Shown one piece after another: positions 1 through 10,024 of a stretch of 20,000 nt of DNA. Source of the DNA: Chiloscyllium plagiosum (taxonomy: Eukaryota). The stretch is from assembly GCF_004010195.1 (NCBI RefSeq), contig NC_057720.1, positions 33,738,809 to 33,758,808 of the forward strand, read 5' to 3'. Numbering within the stretch: the first letter of the stretch is position 1; the number at the start of each line of letters is the position of its first letter. The position numbers were made by a program, and so were the translations under genes. The notes under the pieces are model-generated. The model had not been told where the DNA came from and did not search any database. It worked only from the letters and a program-made list of their open reading frames with translations.

Positions 1-159
1 TTACCTTCTTCATCTTTGCTGCCTGTTTTATTTGCTTCTCTCCAAGTTAGATTCAGCTCCTGCACAAACATTTGAAATAGAACCACATGCCATAAGTTTG
101 CTTGATCTCAGGGATTTTAGAAATTTTTAATGGCACATTTTTGTCTGGCTGATGTAACT

Positions 160-1235
160 GTACAGCCTTTAAATATGTAAAAAGGAAGAGAGAGATTAAA
201 GTGAACAGAGACCCCTTAGAAAAAGGATCTCGGAAGTCATTTATGGGGAATGAGGAAATGGCAGAGACGTTAAATAGATATTTTGCATCAGTCATCACGG
301 TGGAAGCTATTTTGAACATCCCATCAATGCTAAAGAATACGGGGGAGGAATTAGGTACTGTTGCCATTATTAGAGAAATAGTATTAGACAAACTAATGGG
401 GCAAAAGGCAGGTAAATCCCCTGGCCCAAATGACTTGTATCCTTGGATTCTAAAAGAGGTAGCTACAGAGGTACTGGGTGCTTTGGTTGTAATTAGTCAA
501 AAATCCTCGGATGTTAGCGAAATACCACAGGATTGGAAAAAATATTCAGAGGGGAGGGAGGCAAAAAGCAGGTAATTAAAGGCTGATCAACCTAACATCT
601 ATTGTTGGAGAAGTATTGAATCAATTACTGAGGAGGTCAGCATGGCTTCATGAAAGGGAAGTCGTGAAGACTAATTTATTAGAGCTTTTTGAGGAAGTCT
701 CACAGTAGATAGAGGGATTGAATGGATGTGTTTTATTGGGATTTCCAGACAGAATTCAATAGCATATGTCACAAAGGGTTAAGTCATAAGAGCTCTGGTG
801 TTGTGGATAGTAAATTGGCATGGATAGAGAATTGGCTAATGGACAGGAAACAGCAAGTGGAGAATAGGGTTTCCTTTTCAGTATGGTAACCTGTGACCTG
901 TGGGGTTCCACAGGAATCAGTGCTGGGACCACAATTGTTTGCAGAATACATTAACAAGTTGGAGGAAGGAAGCAAATGTATTATAGCCGTATTTGCAGAC
1001 AATACAAAAATAGGTGGAATGGTAAATTGCAATGCAAACAGTTTTCAGAGAGATATTGATAGGTTAGGCAGGTGGACAGAAGTTGGCAAATGGAGTACAA
1101 TGTGGGAAAATGTTGATGTTCATTTTTGAAGGGAGGACAAAAGAACAGAATATTATTTAAATTAAGAAAAGCTGCAGAAAGCTGCAATGCAAGGTAACTT
1201 TGGTGTACATGTGCACAAAACACAGGAAGGATTAT
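160..1235 (+). mobile_element. Decayed CR1-clade LINE fragment (ORF2 reverse transcriptase region)
   Basis: ORF 201-575 gives EMAETLNRYFASV..KSPGPNDLYPWILKEVA..PQDWK. ORF 893-1129 gives GVPQESVLGPQLF..FADNTKIGG. These are colinear with the intact ORF2 at 18017+ and match CR1 RT motifs, but are broken by stops and frameshifts. Confidence 0.92.
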
Positions 1236-2329
1236 AACTTCTCAATGGATGAGACCATGAAGATAGAAATGGCACTCCAGCTGCATAGAGCAGGTTGTAA
1301 TGGCTTCCTTACACTCTAGGCAATTTACCTACATTTGCCTATGATGTGATAATCTTTGGAACCTTTGAAGGGGAAGTTCAGGTGACTATTTTCTTTTCAT
1401 TGCAAAGAATGAACATTTCTTTGTTCAGAATATTTCTGTCTGCATGCCATCCTCAGTCTCACTGCATCCATTTGCATCCGGACATGTCGTGTTGTTTGTT
1501 GCAATTATAGCTCAGAGCAGACATCTTATGTATAGTCCCTCCGGAGCTCCCTCATGTAACCTGTAGCTTTACACTGTTTGCTTTTATGCTCTGACCCTTT
1601 CTCAAGGATGGCAAAAATTCAGAGAGGCAGCTCAGCTTTATTAAATATTCTGAAAGCTAGTGAGGAACAACCAAGGATCAAAAATGCTGTAGGCACAATG
1701 GATGATTGAGCTAGTGAGGTCGGCAACAGGCCTTAAACCGTGCTCGTTGATGCTGATGTTCAAGGTGTTTGGACAAGCAGGACTGTTTGTTTCCATTCTA
1801 ATACCAACACTGATTTAAACCTTTAATCAATGCAAAACGGGCTGATGAGACAACTAAATTCTCCAGAATTATTTTTACTTTTACCTTTCCCTTTGTATGT
1901 ACACTAATTACCATGTCTGTTACATCAATATTCTTTTTGTCTGCTGTGCATTAATTAGATATGTATTGATCTTCTGTAATGTACTTGAATTCTACGGTTC
2001 TTCTGAAATGAGAAAAGTATGCATTAGATTTGCGAGATGGATCATTATTTGCATTAAGTAGAATGATACTGTCAATATGCAGCTTCAAAAGGAAATAATG
2101 ATGGAGGTGTGATCTCTCACTATTGAGTTCAGAATCTCAGCAGCAAAACCGCTGTGCCCTTTTCTAGAGGGATAATTAAAGCTGAGTTATCACTGCTCTT
2201 GTATGCTTTCCAGTAGAAGGCCGGGGTGTAAGTTACCTATTTTTAAGCGACTCTTATATGAAGGTTAATCACTGGAGAATGAAGGGTGAGCTGGAAGGAT
2301 TCAAGTTCATACATAGAGTTCCTAGTTCT

Positions 2330-2790
2330 TCATTCACTGGGTTGATTCTGGTGTTAAGGGGATTGGTTTATGAGGAGAGATTGAGTGGACTGCGATTATA
2401 TTCATTGGAATTTAGAAGAATGGGGGGGCTCTTATAGAAACATATAAAATTATGAAGGGAATAGATAAGATAGACATAGAGAGGATGTTTCCACTAGCGG
2501 GTGAAACTAGGACAAGCGGTCATAGCCTCAAAATTTTCTTGATTTGAGAAGGAACTTCGTCACCCAAAGGGTTGTGAATCTGCGGAATTCCCTGCCCAAT
2601 GAAGTAGTTGAGGTGTCCGCATTGAATTTTTTAAAGCTAAAATAGATAATTCCTTTACTGTTCAAAAAAATTAAGGGTTATGCTGAGAGGGTGGATAGGT
2701 GGAGCTGAGGCCATGAAAAGATCAGCCATGATCTTATTGAATGGCGGAGCAGGCTCGAAGATGGCCTACTCCTGCTCCTAGTTCTTATGT
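2330..2790 (+). mobile_element. CR1 LINE 3' end (ORF2 C-terminus and 3' UTR), 5'-truncated
   Basis: Decayed ORF2 end (YEERLS..LYSLEFRRM..LIETYKIMKGIDKID), then the CR1 3' UTR gaatggcggagcaggctcgaag..atggcctactcctgctcct and the tail tcttatgtt. Confidence 0.9.
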
Positions 2791-3327
2791 TTGTGATTGG
2801 AGGTTAGTGATGGGATCTTAATATTTTGACTAAAACGAGTTACATCATATTGCTTTGATGCTCAGACGTTTAGAACTTTGAGCCCAAATGTTATTTCTAA
2901 GTTATTTCCAAGGCATCAATCCCTTCCAACTTGGACTGCATGTCTTGCCCTGACTGATGGGGCACAGAGCCAGGAGGTGTGGGCCAGTCATGCCATCTTA
3001 TATTATCTAATTCTGTTTTGGTGCATGCTGTGCTGGTTCAAACCATGCAAGTGCAGTTATTGCCCTGTTTTAATCATTCCTGGTGCAGAATTTGTGGAAC
3101 GTATCTTGTTCACTGTTAGTGGACATGTTTATCAAACCTTTTTGGATATTCAGGGGAATGGTGCTGGAACTTGAAAGGGACATGAGAGGAGTTGATCAGG
3201 GCGATATAACTTCAGAACAGAGGACTGTTGTTGCAGTTCCTCTTGGGCTGTAACATGAATTGGACATGGAACACTGGCTGCAGAGAAGAGTAGAGGTTGG
3301 AGGAGAGTTGTCATTTGATGATTAACG

Positions 3328-4150
3328 GTCTTTTGAGAGCATTTTTCCCATTGACCTCTGAATGAGAACAGTTCATGAGGCACCTACCTTTCACCAGCAG
3401 AGTGAATGTGAACTATGACACCTCCTACATTGTGATCTTCAGCCTCAGAGCAAAGTGAGGACAAGTTATCAGTGACCATCACACTAAAGTCTCCTTCAGT
3501 TTCCACACCAGTGAATTCTTTCAGGCAGGAGCAGGTTACATTCAAAAAAGACCTCGCAGCTCCCTATCCAGCACAACATCAGAGAGGTGACAAAGGCCCA
3601 GTATAACACAGGAGCCTTCATCGATGTGGATTTGCCACGCTGATGGGATTTGGGTTGGGGGAGGGGGGATGCAATCAACATGGTGACACTACTCCATAAC
3701 TGAAAGCACGATAGCTTCGTTAATATTGAGTTGACGTGTGCCCTGGCCACAAGATTTTCTTAGAGAATGCCTGCTATCCAAGCAGCAGTCAGGGCACTTC
3801 CATTCTGCATCATTCTGTTGTACTTGTCCACCTTGACTGGTTGGCAATGAATACCGACTCTACACTTGGCTTATGACTACACCCTGCCATCAGACCATGG
3901 AGTGACCGTGCACCTTCAATAACAGCCATTCAAAATGTTGTGGAGCAAAACACCAATAGGGTAAAGCAATGGTGGTCATTCTCTGAATTGCTTCGGGGAG
4001 TTCTCCGGTGTTCACCAAAGCATGTCTCAAATTTGTTTTACATTTGACTGTTGCATCCTCCATAACCTTGCTATCATGAGGATGTCCCTTACCACCATGC
4101 CTGCAATGGCATTTCTGAATGAAAAGGAAGAGGAGGTGAAGTGGATGCTT
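3328..4150 (+). pseudogene. Harbinger (HARBI1-like) DDE transposase remnant with many stops and frameshifts
   Basis: Manual translation across frames gives, in family order: VF*EHFS, EL*HLLHCDLQPQSKVRT, FHTSEFFQAGAGYI, IREVTKAQY, HN*KHDSFVNIELTC, ACYPSSSQGTSILHHS, LVGNEYRLYTWLMT, FNNSH, NVVEQ, GVLRCSPKHVS, CCILHNLAIMR (4049-4081), then a short acidic stretch. Confidence 0.85.
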
Positions 4151-4469
4151 CTTGGACTTCTTCACTTCAGCCAAGCTGCCTGAGTAGAAACTCAGCCTCC
4201 AGTTCCTGTGAGATGGTAACCCCACATTGTAGTTATTCCACAATTGGCAATTTTCCATTCCTGTGCTGCAGAACATCGTGGCATTCTCTTGGCCAAATTC
4301 CTGAAATAAAAATCACTGATATTTTCCACCTGAGTTATTCTCAGAGTGCCTTTGTTGTGTATGTCTTTACTTTGTCCTCAAGCTTCTACACAGTGCTAGA
4401 CCAGTGGCTGTGCCCTGGCTGGTGGAAGATCAGTAAGCTTTGTACTGTCAGGAAGGAGACGTCACACCC

Positions 4470-5020
4470 AGAGTGAGACACGACCCGAGTGAGTATATAG
4501 TTCAGGGACTTTGAAAGGAGTGTGGGAATTTGATACAGAGTGGGAAAGATATTTCCTTCTTGCTTTTTAGTTCACAGTTTGTAAGTTTTTTTTATTATTA
4601 AACTGAATAAATTGATGCCCAGGATTGGGGGCCCAGCACAAAACAGAGTAACATCAGAGGAAACCCATAAGCTCATTGGTTGGTACTGGCTGCTAATTTG
4701 TTTATCTATTACAGGTACTTTCAGATTGAAGGTAAATAGAATGATTTACAAGTTACAAACTAAAAACCCAGCAGGAAACGATTAAAACAGATTTACAACT
4801 AAGTAAATAAAATATAGATGCAGGACCAGGCAGTGTGTTGTATCTGCATAATGTGGGAGCTGATGGACCCCACTGTGGTACATAGTGACCACATCTGCAG
4901 CAAGTATTGATTGTTTGATGAACTCTGGCTCAGATTTGTTGAGCTGGAATCTGAACTTTGAATACTGCAACACACCAAGGAGAGAAAGAACACAGTCACA
5001 CCTCTCATATTAACTATTTC
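4470..5020 (+). mobile_element. CR1 LINE 5' fragment (5' UTR and ORF1 N-terminal zinc-finger/coiled-coil)
   Basis: From the ATG at 4818: MQDQAVCCICIMWELMDPTVVHSDHICSKY*LFDELWLRFVELESEL*ILQH. This is the CxxC..CxxC plus leucine-heptad pattern of CR1 ORF1. The left boundary is approximate. Confidence 0.8.
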
Positions 5021-5029
5021 AAATTCAGA

Positions 5030-5107
5030 AGTCACATGACATCAGGTTATAGTCCAACAGGTTTATTTAACATCTCAAGCTTTTAGAGTGCTGTTGCTTC
5101 GTCAGGT
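5030..5107 (-). mobile_element. Short Penelope-like terminal fragment with a decayed hammerhead motif
   Basis: Minus strand reads cCTGACGAagcaacagcactctAAAAgcttga..aataaacctgttggactataacctg. It resembles an abundant shark PLE-terminal repeat (recalled). Stem II and GAAA are mutated. Confidence 0.6.
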
Positions 5108-5184
5108 AAAGTGGAGAAAGGTGCAGAGGATATATCGGCCTAGAAATAATGGGATAATTAAGAGTGGGTCCTGTATTTAAGGAA

Positions 5185-6062
5185 GGATATGCTGGTCTTG
5201 GACAGAATCCAGAAGAAGTTGACAATAATGATCGTAGGGATGAAAGGCTTGTCATGTGAGGAGTGGTTGAGTACTCTGGGTTGTTACTGTATGGAGTTTA
5301 AAAGGATGAAGGTGGATCTGATTGAAACTGATGGAATACTGAGTTGTCTGGATGGGGTGAATGTGGAGAAGATATTTCCATTAGTTGGAGAGGTTAGAAC
5401 CGGGGGTACAGCCTCAGAGTGAAGTAATAAACCTTTTGAACTGAGAGGAGGAGGAATTTCTTCTTAGATAAATATGCTCGTGATTAGTGAGTTTTCAGAA
5501 GATTTGTGGCTCAGGTTGAGGTTTTGGGTGTAGGTTTGCTTGCTGAGCTGGAGGATTCATTTTCAGACGTTTTGTCACCATACTAGGGAACATCTTGAGT
5601 GATCCTCCGGACAAAGCACTGCTGATGATTCCTGCTTTCTATTTATATATTTGGGTTTCTTTGGGTTGGTGATGTCATTTCCTGTGTCACTTCCGACAGT
5701 GGTGTCATTTCCTGTCATTTTTCTCAGGGGGTGATAAATGGGGTCCAAGTCAATGTTGATATCACCCCCTGAGAAAAATAACAGGAAATGACATCACCAT
5801 AGGAAATGACATAGGAACTGACATCGCCAACCCAAAGATATAAATAGAAAGCAGGAATCATCAGCAGTGCTACGTCTGGAGGCTCACCTAGTTACCTCAT
5901 ATGGTGACGAAACATCCAGCTCAGTGAGAAACCTATATCGAGGTTTGTGATTCATAAGGGGATCAGGGTTATGGGAGAAGGCAGGTGAATGGAGTGCCAA
6001 GATTGAATGGCAGAGCAGACTTGATGGGCTGAATGGCCTAATTCTTCTTGTGTCATAGTCTA
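5185..6062 (+). mobile_element. CR1 LINE 3' end, interrupted by a foldback insertion at ~5489-5940
   Basis: ORF 5189-5422 gives GMKGLSCEEWLSTLG..MKVDLIET..VEKIFPLVGEVRT. The 3' UTR resumes at ~5945 (aaggggatcagggttatgggag..gaatggcagagcagacttgatgggctgaatggcct). Confidence 0.88.
5489..5940. repeat. Foldback (inverted-repeat) Penelope-like terminal structure
   Basis: Left arm ~5531-5736 and right arm 5760-~5935 are imperfect reverse complements (e.g. ttctcagggggtgata/tatcaccccctgagaa; gcactgctgatgattcctgctttctatttatat/atataaatagaaagcaggaatcatcagcagtgc) around a 23-nt spacer. Each arm has a decayed hammerhead-like motif. Confidence 0.85.
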
Positions 6063-6068
6063 ATGCTG

Positions 6069-6194
6069 CTATCGCCCTTTGCTGCTATCTCTCTTTGAGA
6101 ACATAGCAGCTTTACTGCTTGCTCCTTCCATCTTTAATGCCTGCAGCACTGCATCAGGACACTTGGAAGGCCTCTCCCCTGCCCATTGCTTCAT
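6069..6194 (-). pseudogene. Harbinger Myb/SANT-like accessory protein, N-terminal remnant
   Basis: MKQWAGERPSKCPDAVLQALKMEGASSKAAMFS resembles the recalled R-A-P-R-F-S-D-x-x-L-E-x-L-V-x-E-V..L-F start of Harbinger/NAIF1-like Myb domains. It lies inside the TIRs, convergent with the transposase. Confidence 0.55.
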
Positions 6195-6469
6195 TTTCTG
6201 TGCATTTCCTTCCAGCCAAGTATTACAGAAACAGTTGCAGTGGCTACAATAGTATGATTCCCTTTTGGAGAAAGGCAAGCTGCTTTAAAGAGGTCCAGGG
6301 AGTTGTGCATCCACCAGGCCTGAATATTGCAGGGGTGCCGTTGGACCATGCAGTCAGACAACAGTGTATTCTGGGTAAAAACAAGGACTGCAGATGCTGG
6401 AAACCAGAGTCTAGATTAGAGTGGTGTTGGTAAAGCACAGCAGGTCAGGCAGCATCCGAGGAGCAGGAA

Positions 6470-6505
6470 AATCGACATTTCGTGCAAAAGCCCTTCATCA
6501 GGAAT
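6470..6505 (-). ncRNA. Minimal type I hammerhead ribozyme motif (mutated) in the PLE 3' terminal region
   Basis: Minus strand: attc-CTGATGA-a-gggc tttt gcac-GAAA-t-GTC-gatt. It has two substitutions relative to the copy at 6734. Confidence 0.7.
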
Positions 6506-6539
6506 AGAGGCAGGGTGCCTGCAGAGTGGAAAAATAAAT

Positions 6540-6542
6540 NNN
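6540..6542. other. Assembly gap/ambiguous bases (NNN)
   Basis: Three n characters inside the PLE, between the endonuclease end and the 3' terminal region. Confidence 0.98.
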
Positions 6543-6733
6543 GTTGAAGTGTTCCGAGGCAGAAGATGAGGCGTTCTTCCTCCAGGCGTCGGGTGGTGAG
6601 GGAGGAGGCCTAGGACCTGCATGTCCTCGGCAGAATGGGAGGGGGAGTTGAAATGTTGTGCCACAGGGCGGTGGGGTTGATTGGTGCGGGTGTCCCGGAG
6701 ATGTTCCCTAAAGTGCTCAGCTAGAAGGCGTCC

Positions 6734-6769
6734 ATTCCTGATGAAGGGCTTTTGCCCGAAACGTCGATT
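6734..6769 (+). ncRNA. Minimal type I hammerhead ribozyme motif with intact core
   Basis: attc-CTGATGA(6738-6744)-a-GGGC tttt GCCC-GAAA(6758-6761)-c-GTC(6763-6765)-gatt. The palindromic ACGT replaces stem III, as described for PLE minimal hammerheads. Confidence 0.8.
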
Positions 6770-6832
6770 TTACTGCTCCTCGGATGCTGCCTGAACTGCT
6801 GTGCTTTTCCAGCACCACTCTAATCTAGACTC
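6734..6832 (+). repeat. Inverted copy of the PLE terminal segment 6407-6505, inserted in the GIY-YIG region
   Basis: Near-identical reverse complement of 6407-6505 (attcctgatga...caccactctaatctagactc). Confidence 0.93.
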
Positions 6833-7212
6833 CCCAGTGTAGAGGAGACCGCATCGGGAGCAACAGATACAATAAATGATATTGGTGGCTGTGCAGGTAA
6901 GACTTTGATGGATGTGGAAGGCTCCTTTAGGGCCTTGGATGGAGGTGAGGGAGGAGGTGTGGGCGCAGGTTTTGCAATTCCTGCAGTGGCAGGGGAAGGT
7001 GCCAGGATGGGAAGGTGGCTTGTTGGGGGGGCTTGGACCTGACCAGGCAGTCACGGAGGGAATGGTCTTTGCGGAAAGCGGAAATTGGTGAGGAGGGAAA
7101 TATATCCCTGGTGGTGGAGTCTGTTTGGAGGTGACGGAAATGTCTTCGAATGATGTGGTTTATGTGACGGTTGGTAGGGTGGAAGGTGAGCACCAGGGGG
7201 GTTCTGTCCTTG

Positions 7213-8740
7213 TTACGGTTGGAGGGGTGGGGTTTGAGGGCGGAGGTGCGGGCGGAATGTGGACGAGATGCGTTGGAGGGCATCTTTAACAACGTGGGAA
7301 GGGAAATTGCAGTCTCTAAAGAAGGAGGCCATCTGGTGTGTTCTGTGGTGGAACAAGTCCTCCTGGGAGCAGATACGGCGGAGGAATTGGGAATACGGGA
7401 TGGTGTTTTTGCAGGAGGTAGAGTGGGAAGAGGTGTAATCCAGGTAGCTGTGGGAGTCGGTGGTTTTGTAAAAAAATGTCAGTGTCAAGTCAGTCGTCAT
7501 TAATGGAGATGGAGAGATCCAGAAAGGGGAGGGAGGTGTCAGAGATGGTCCAGGTTAATTTAAGGTCGGGTGGAAAGTATTGGTGAAGTTGATGAATTGC
7601 TCAATCTCCTCTCAGGAGCACGAGGTGGCGCCAGTGCAGTCATCAATGTAGCGGAGGAAGCGGTGGGGAATGTTGCCGGTGTAACTACAGAAGATGGATT
7701 GTTCTATGTAGCCAACAAAGAGACAGGCATAGCTGGGGCCCATACGTGTGCCCATGGCTAACCCTTTGGTCTGGAGGAAGTGTGAGAATTCAAAGGAGAA
7801 ATTGTTAAGGGGGAGGACCAGTTCAGCCAAACGAACGAAAGTGTCAGTGGAAGGGTACTGTTGGGGACGTCGGGAGAGGAAGAAGTGGAGGGCTTGGAGG
7901 CCCTGGTCATGGCGGATGGAGGTGTAGAGGGATTGGATATCCATGGTGAAGATGAGGCATTGGGGGCCGGGGAAACAGAAGTCTTGGAGGAGGTGGAGGG
8001 CGTGGGTGGTGTCTCGAACATATGTGGGGAGTTCCTGGACTAGGGGGAATTGGACAGTGTCAGGGTAGGTAGAGATGAGTTCGGTGGGGCAGGAGCATGC
8101 TGAGACAATGGGTCGGCCAGGGTTGTCAGGCTTGTGGATCTTGGGAAGTAGGTAGAATCGGGGGGTGCGGGGTTCCCAGACTATGAGGTTGGAAGCTGTG
8201 GGTGGGAGATCTCCTGAGGTGATGAGGTTCTGTATGGTCTGGGAGATGATGGTTTGGTGATGGGGGGTGGGGTCATGGTTGAGGGAGTGGTAGAAGGAGG
8301 TGTCTTCGAGTTGGCGTCTAGCTTCAGCGGTGTAGAGGTCAGTGCGCCAAACTACCACTGCTCCCCCTTTATCTGCTGGATTGATGGTGAGGTTAGGATT
8401 GGAGCAGAGGGAGTGGAGGGCTGTGCGTTGTGAGTGTGAGAGGTTGGAGTGGGGAAGGGGATAGACAGGTTGAGGCGGTTAATGTCTCGTCGGCAATTGG
8501 AAATGAAGAGATCGAGGGCAGGTATTAGGCCAGCATGGGGTGTCCAGATGGATGCAGTGTGTTGGAGGCGGGTAAAGGGGTCCTCAGAAGGTGGGCAGGA
8601 ATCCTGATTGTGAAAGTAAGTGCGGAGGCAGGTGAAGAAGTGTTCGGCGTCACGGCGTGTATTAAATTCATTGATGTGTGGACGGAGGGGGATAAAGATG
8701 AGGCCTTTGCTGAGGACTGATTGTTTGTCCTCAGTGAGGG
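7213..8740 (-). pseudogene. Penelope-type reverse transcriptase, frameshifted
   Basis: SVLSKGLIFIP; FYLLPKIHKPDNPGRPIVS; TMDIQSLYTSI; GLAMGTRMGPSYACLFVG; RYIDD; YKTTDSHSYLDYTSSH..IPYSQFLRRICS. The motifs are split over several ORFs. Confidence 0.93.
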
Positions 8741-9142
8741 GGAGGTTAGGGGGAATGGTGAAAACTCGGCAGGGCTGGGAGCTGGGACCCGGGACCCGAT
8801 GTGTGTGTGGAGCTGGGAGTGGGGGCGGAGCCTGTAACTGGAGTGGGCATGGTGTTAAGGGGAATGGGGGTGGAGTGTATTCTGTACTGGGTTGCAGATT
8901 GAAATGACCCAGATGAAGATGCAGCATAAAGATTGCATGTTGCCAATCTATGTAACCTGGCACAAATTCTGCATTTCATGCTGGAAATGTAGAACCAGAG
9001 TTAAGAGTTAGATGAGCATAGCATTAAGCTTTATTATGATGTCTGATGACATTCAATGGGGCAACTTGGATTGGTCACTGAAGGTATTTTTGTCAATATT
9101 TGGTCCATTTATTTGTATTTTTAAGTTTGAGGAATGTTTAAG

Positions 9143-9476
9143 ACTAGATTAGATTCCCTAACAGTATGGAAACAGCCCTTTGGCCCAACAAGTCCACATC
9201 GACCCTCCGAAGAGTAACCCACCCAGACCTACTCCTCTACCCTATATTTCCCTCTGACTAATGCAACTAACACTATGGGCAATTTAGCATGGCCAAATAC
9301 CTGACCGGGACATGTTTGAACTGTGGGAGGAAACCGGAGCACCCAGAGGAAATCCACACAGACACACAAGGAGAATGTGCAAACTTCACACAGTCAGTTA
9401 CCCGAGGTGGGAATCGAACCCGGATCCCTGGTGCTGTGAGGCAGCAGTGCTAACCACTGAGCCATTGTGCATCCCC
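9143..9476 (-). mobile_element. tRNA-derived SINE (HE1/V-SINE type), older copy
   Basis: Diverged reverse complement of the SINE at 9516-9875, with head, central gtgctccggtttcctcccacag core and taatct tail. Confidence 0.92.
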
Positions 9477-9515
9477 AAGCACCCCCAAGTTAATGTTTAC
9501 ACATTAAATAACTAT

Positions 9516-9875
9516 GGGCGGCACGGTGGCACAGTGGTTAGCACTGTTGCCTCGCAGGGCGGCACGGTGGCACAGTGGTTAGCACTGTTGCCTCGCAGCG
9601 CCAGAGACCCGGGTTCAATTCCCGCCTCAGGCGACTGACTGTGTGGAGTTTGCACGTTCTCCCCGTGTCTGCGTGGGTTTCCTCCGGGTGCTCCGGTTTC
9701 CTCCCACAGTCACAAAGATGTGCAGGGTCAGCTAAATTGGCCATACTAAATTGCCCATAGTGTTAGGTAAGGGGTAAATGTAGGGGTATGGGTGGGTTCG
9801 CTTCGGCGGGTCGGTGTGGACTTGTTGGGCCGAAGGGCCTGTTTCCACACTGCAATGTAATCTAATCTAATCTAA
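9516..9875 (+). mobile_element. tRNA-derived SINE (HE1/V-SINE type), CpG-rich young copy with duplicated head
   Basis: Box A tggcacagtgg (9527-9537 and 9568-9578), box B ggttcaattcc (9612-9622), V-type core tgtgtggagtttgcacgttctccccgtgtctgcgtgggtttcctccggg, a CR1-like 3' end and a (taatc)n tail. Confidence 0.95.
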
Positions 9876-10024
9876 AATTCTTCAAATTATACTTCATTCC
9901 ATGCACTTCACAAAGTGATTCACTGTATAAAGCATTTTAAGGAATGATGATGTGATGTCAATGAGGTTTATTTCTTACCATTGATTTTTGATACATTTTT
10001 TTTATTCAGCTGTGAAGTTTCCAC

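Larger units (their letters stand above)
6543..7054 (-). pseudogene. Penelope GIY-YIG endonuclease, disrupted
   Basis: GTFPCHCRNCKTC..TCTATNIIYCICCSRCGLLYTGE, then an inverted insertion, then GRLLAEHFREHLRDTRTNQPHRPVAQHFNSPSHSAEDMQVLGL. Confidence 0.9.
6374..8873 (-). mobile_element. Penelope-like retroelement (RT + C-terminal GIY-YIG), 5'-truncated, with 11-bp TSD
   Basis: Flanking direct repeat agtgtattctg at 6363-6373 and 8874-8884. RT and GIY-YIG motifs are on the minus strand, and a hammerhead-bearing 3' terminal region lies at 6374-6539. Confidence 0.95.
3084..8973. mobile_element. Decayed PIF/Harbinger DNA transposon carrying nested retroelement insertions
   Basis: Perfect 13-bp inverted repeat tgcagaatttgtg (3084-3096) / cacaaattctgca (8961-8973). 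It encloses a transposase remnant on + and a convergent Myb/SANT-like remnant on -. No clear 3-bp TSD. Confidence 0.7.

Noticed and set aside
1655..1719. 11-bp direct repeat agctagtgagg at 1655 and 1709
   Set aside because: Only two copies, with nothing recognisable between them; chance or a small local duplication.
2168..2233. Acceptor-like sites followed by a gtaagt donor
   Set aside because: The 60-nt exon has stops in all three frames, and the 11-14 nt microexon alternative is unsupported.
2878..4476. Listed ORFs 2878-3174, 3150-3383, 3496-3750, 3890-4276 and 4141-4476 as genes
   Set aside because: Mostly off-frame or antisense readings of the decayed Harbinger; no independent protein signal.
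7171..8907. Plus-strand ORFs 7171-7503, 7570-7761, 7861-8043, 8535-8720 and 8620-8907
   Set aside because: Antisense shadows of the GC-rich Penelope ORF with no recognisable motifs.
9312..9760. ORFs over 9312-9760 and tRNA-like sequence
   Set aside because: These are translations of SINE sequence; the A and B boxes belong to SINE heads, not true tRNA genes.
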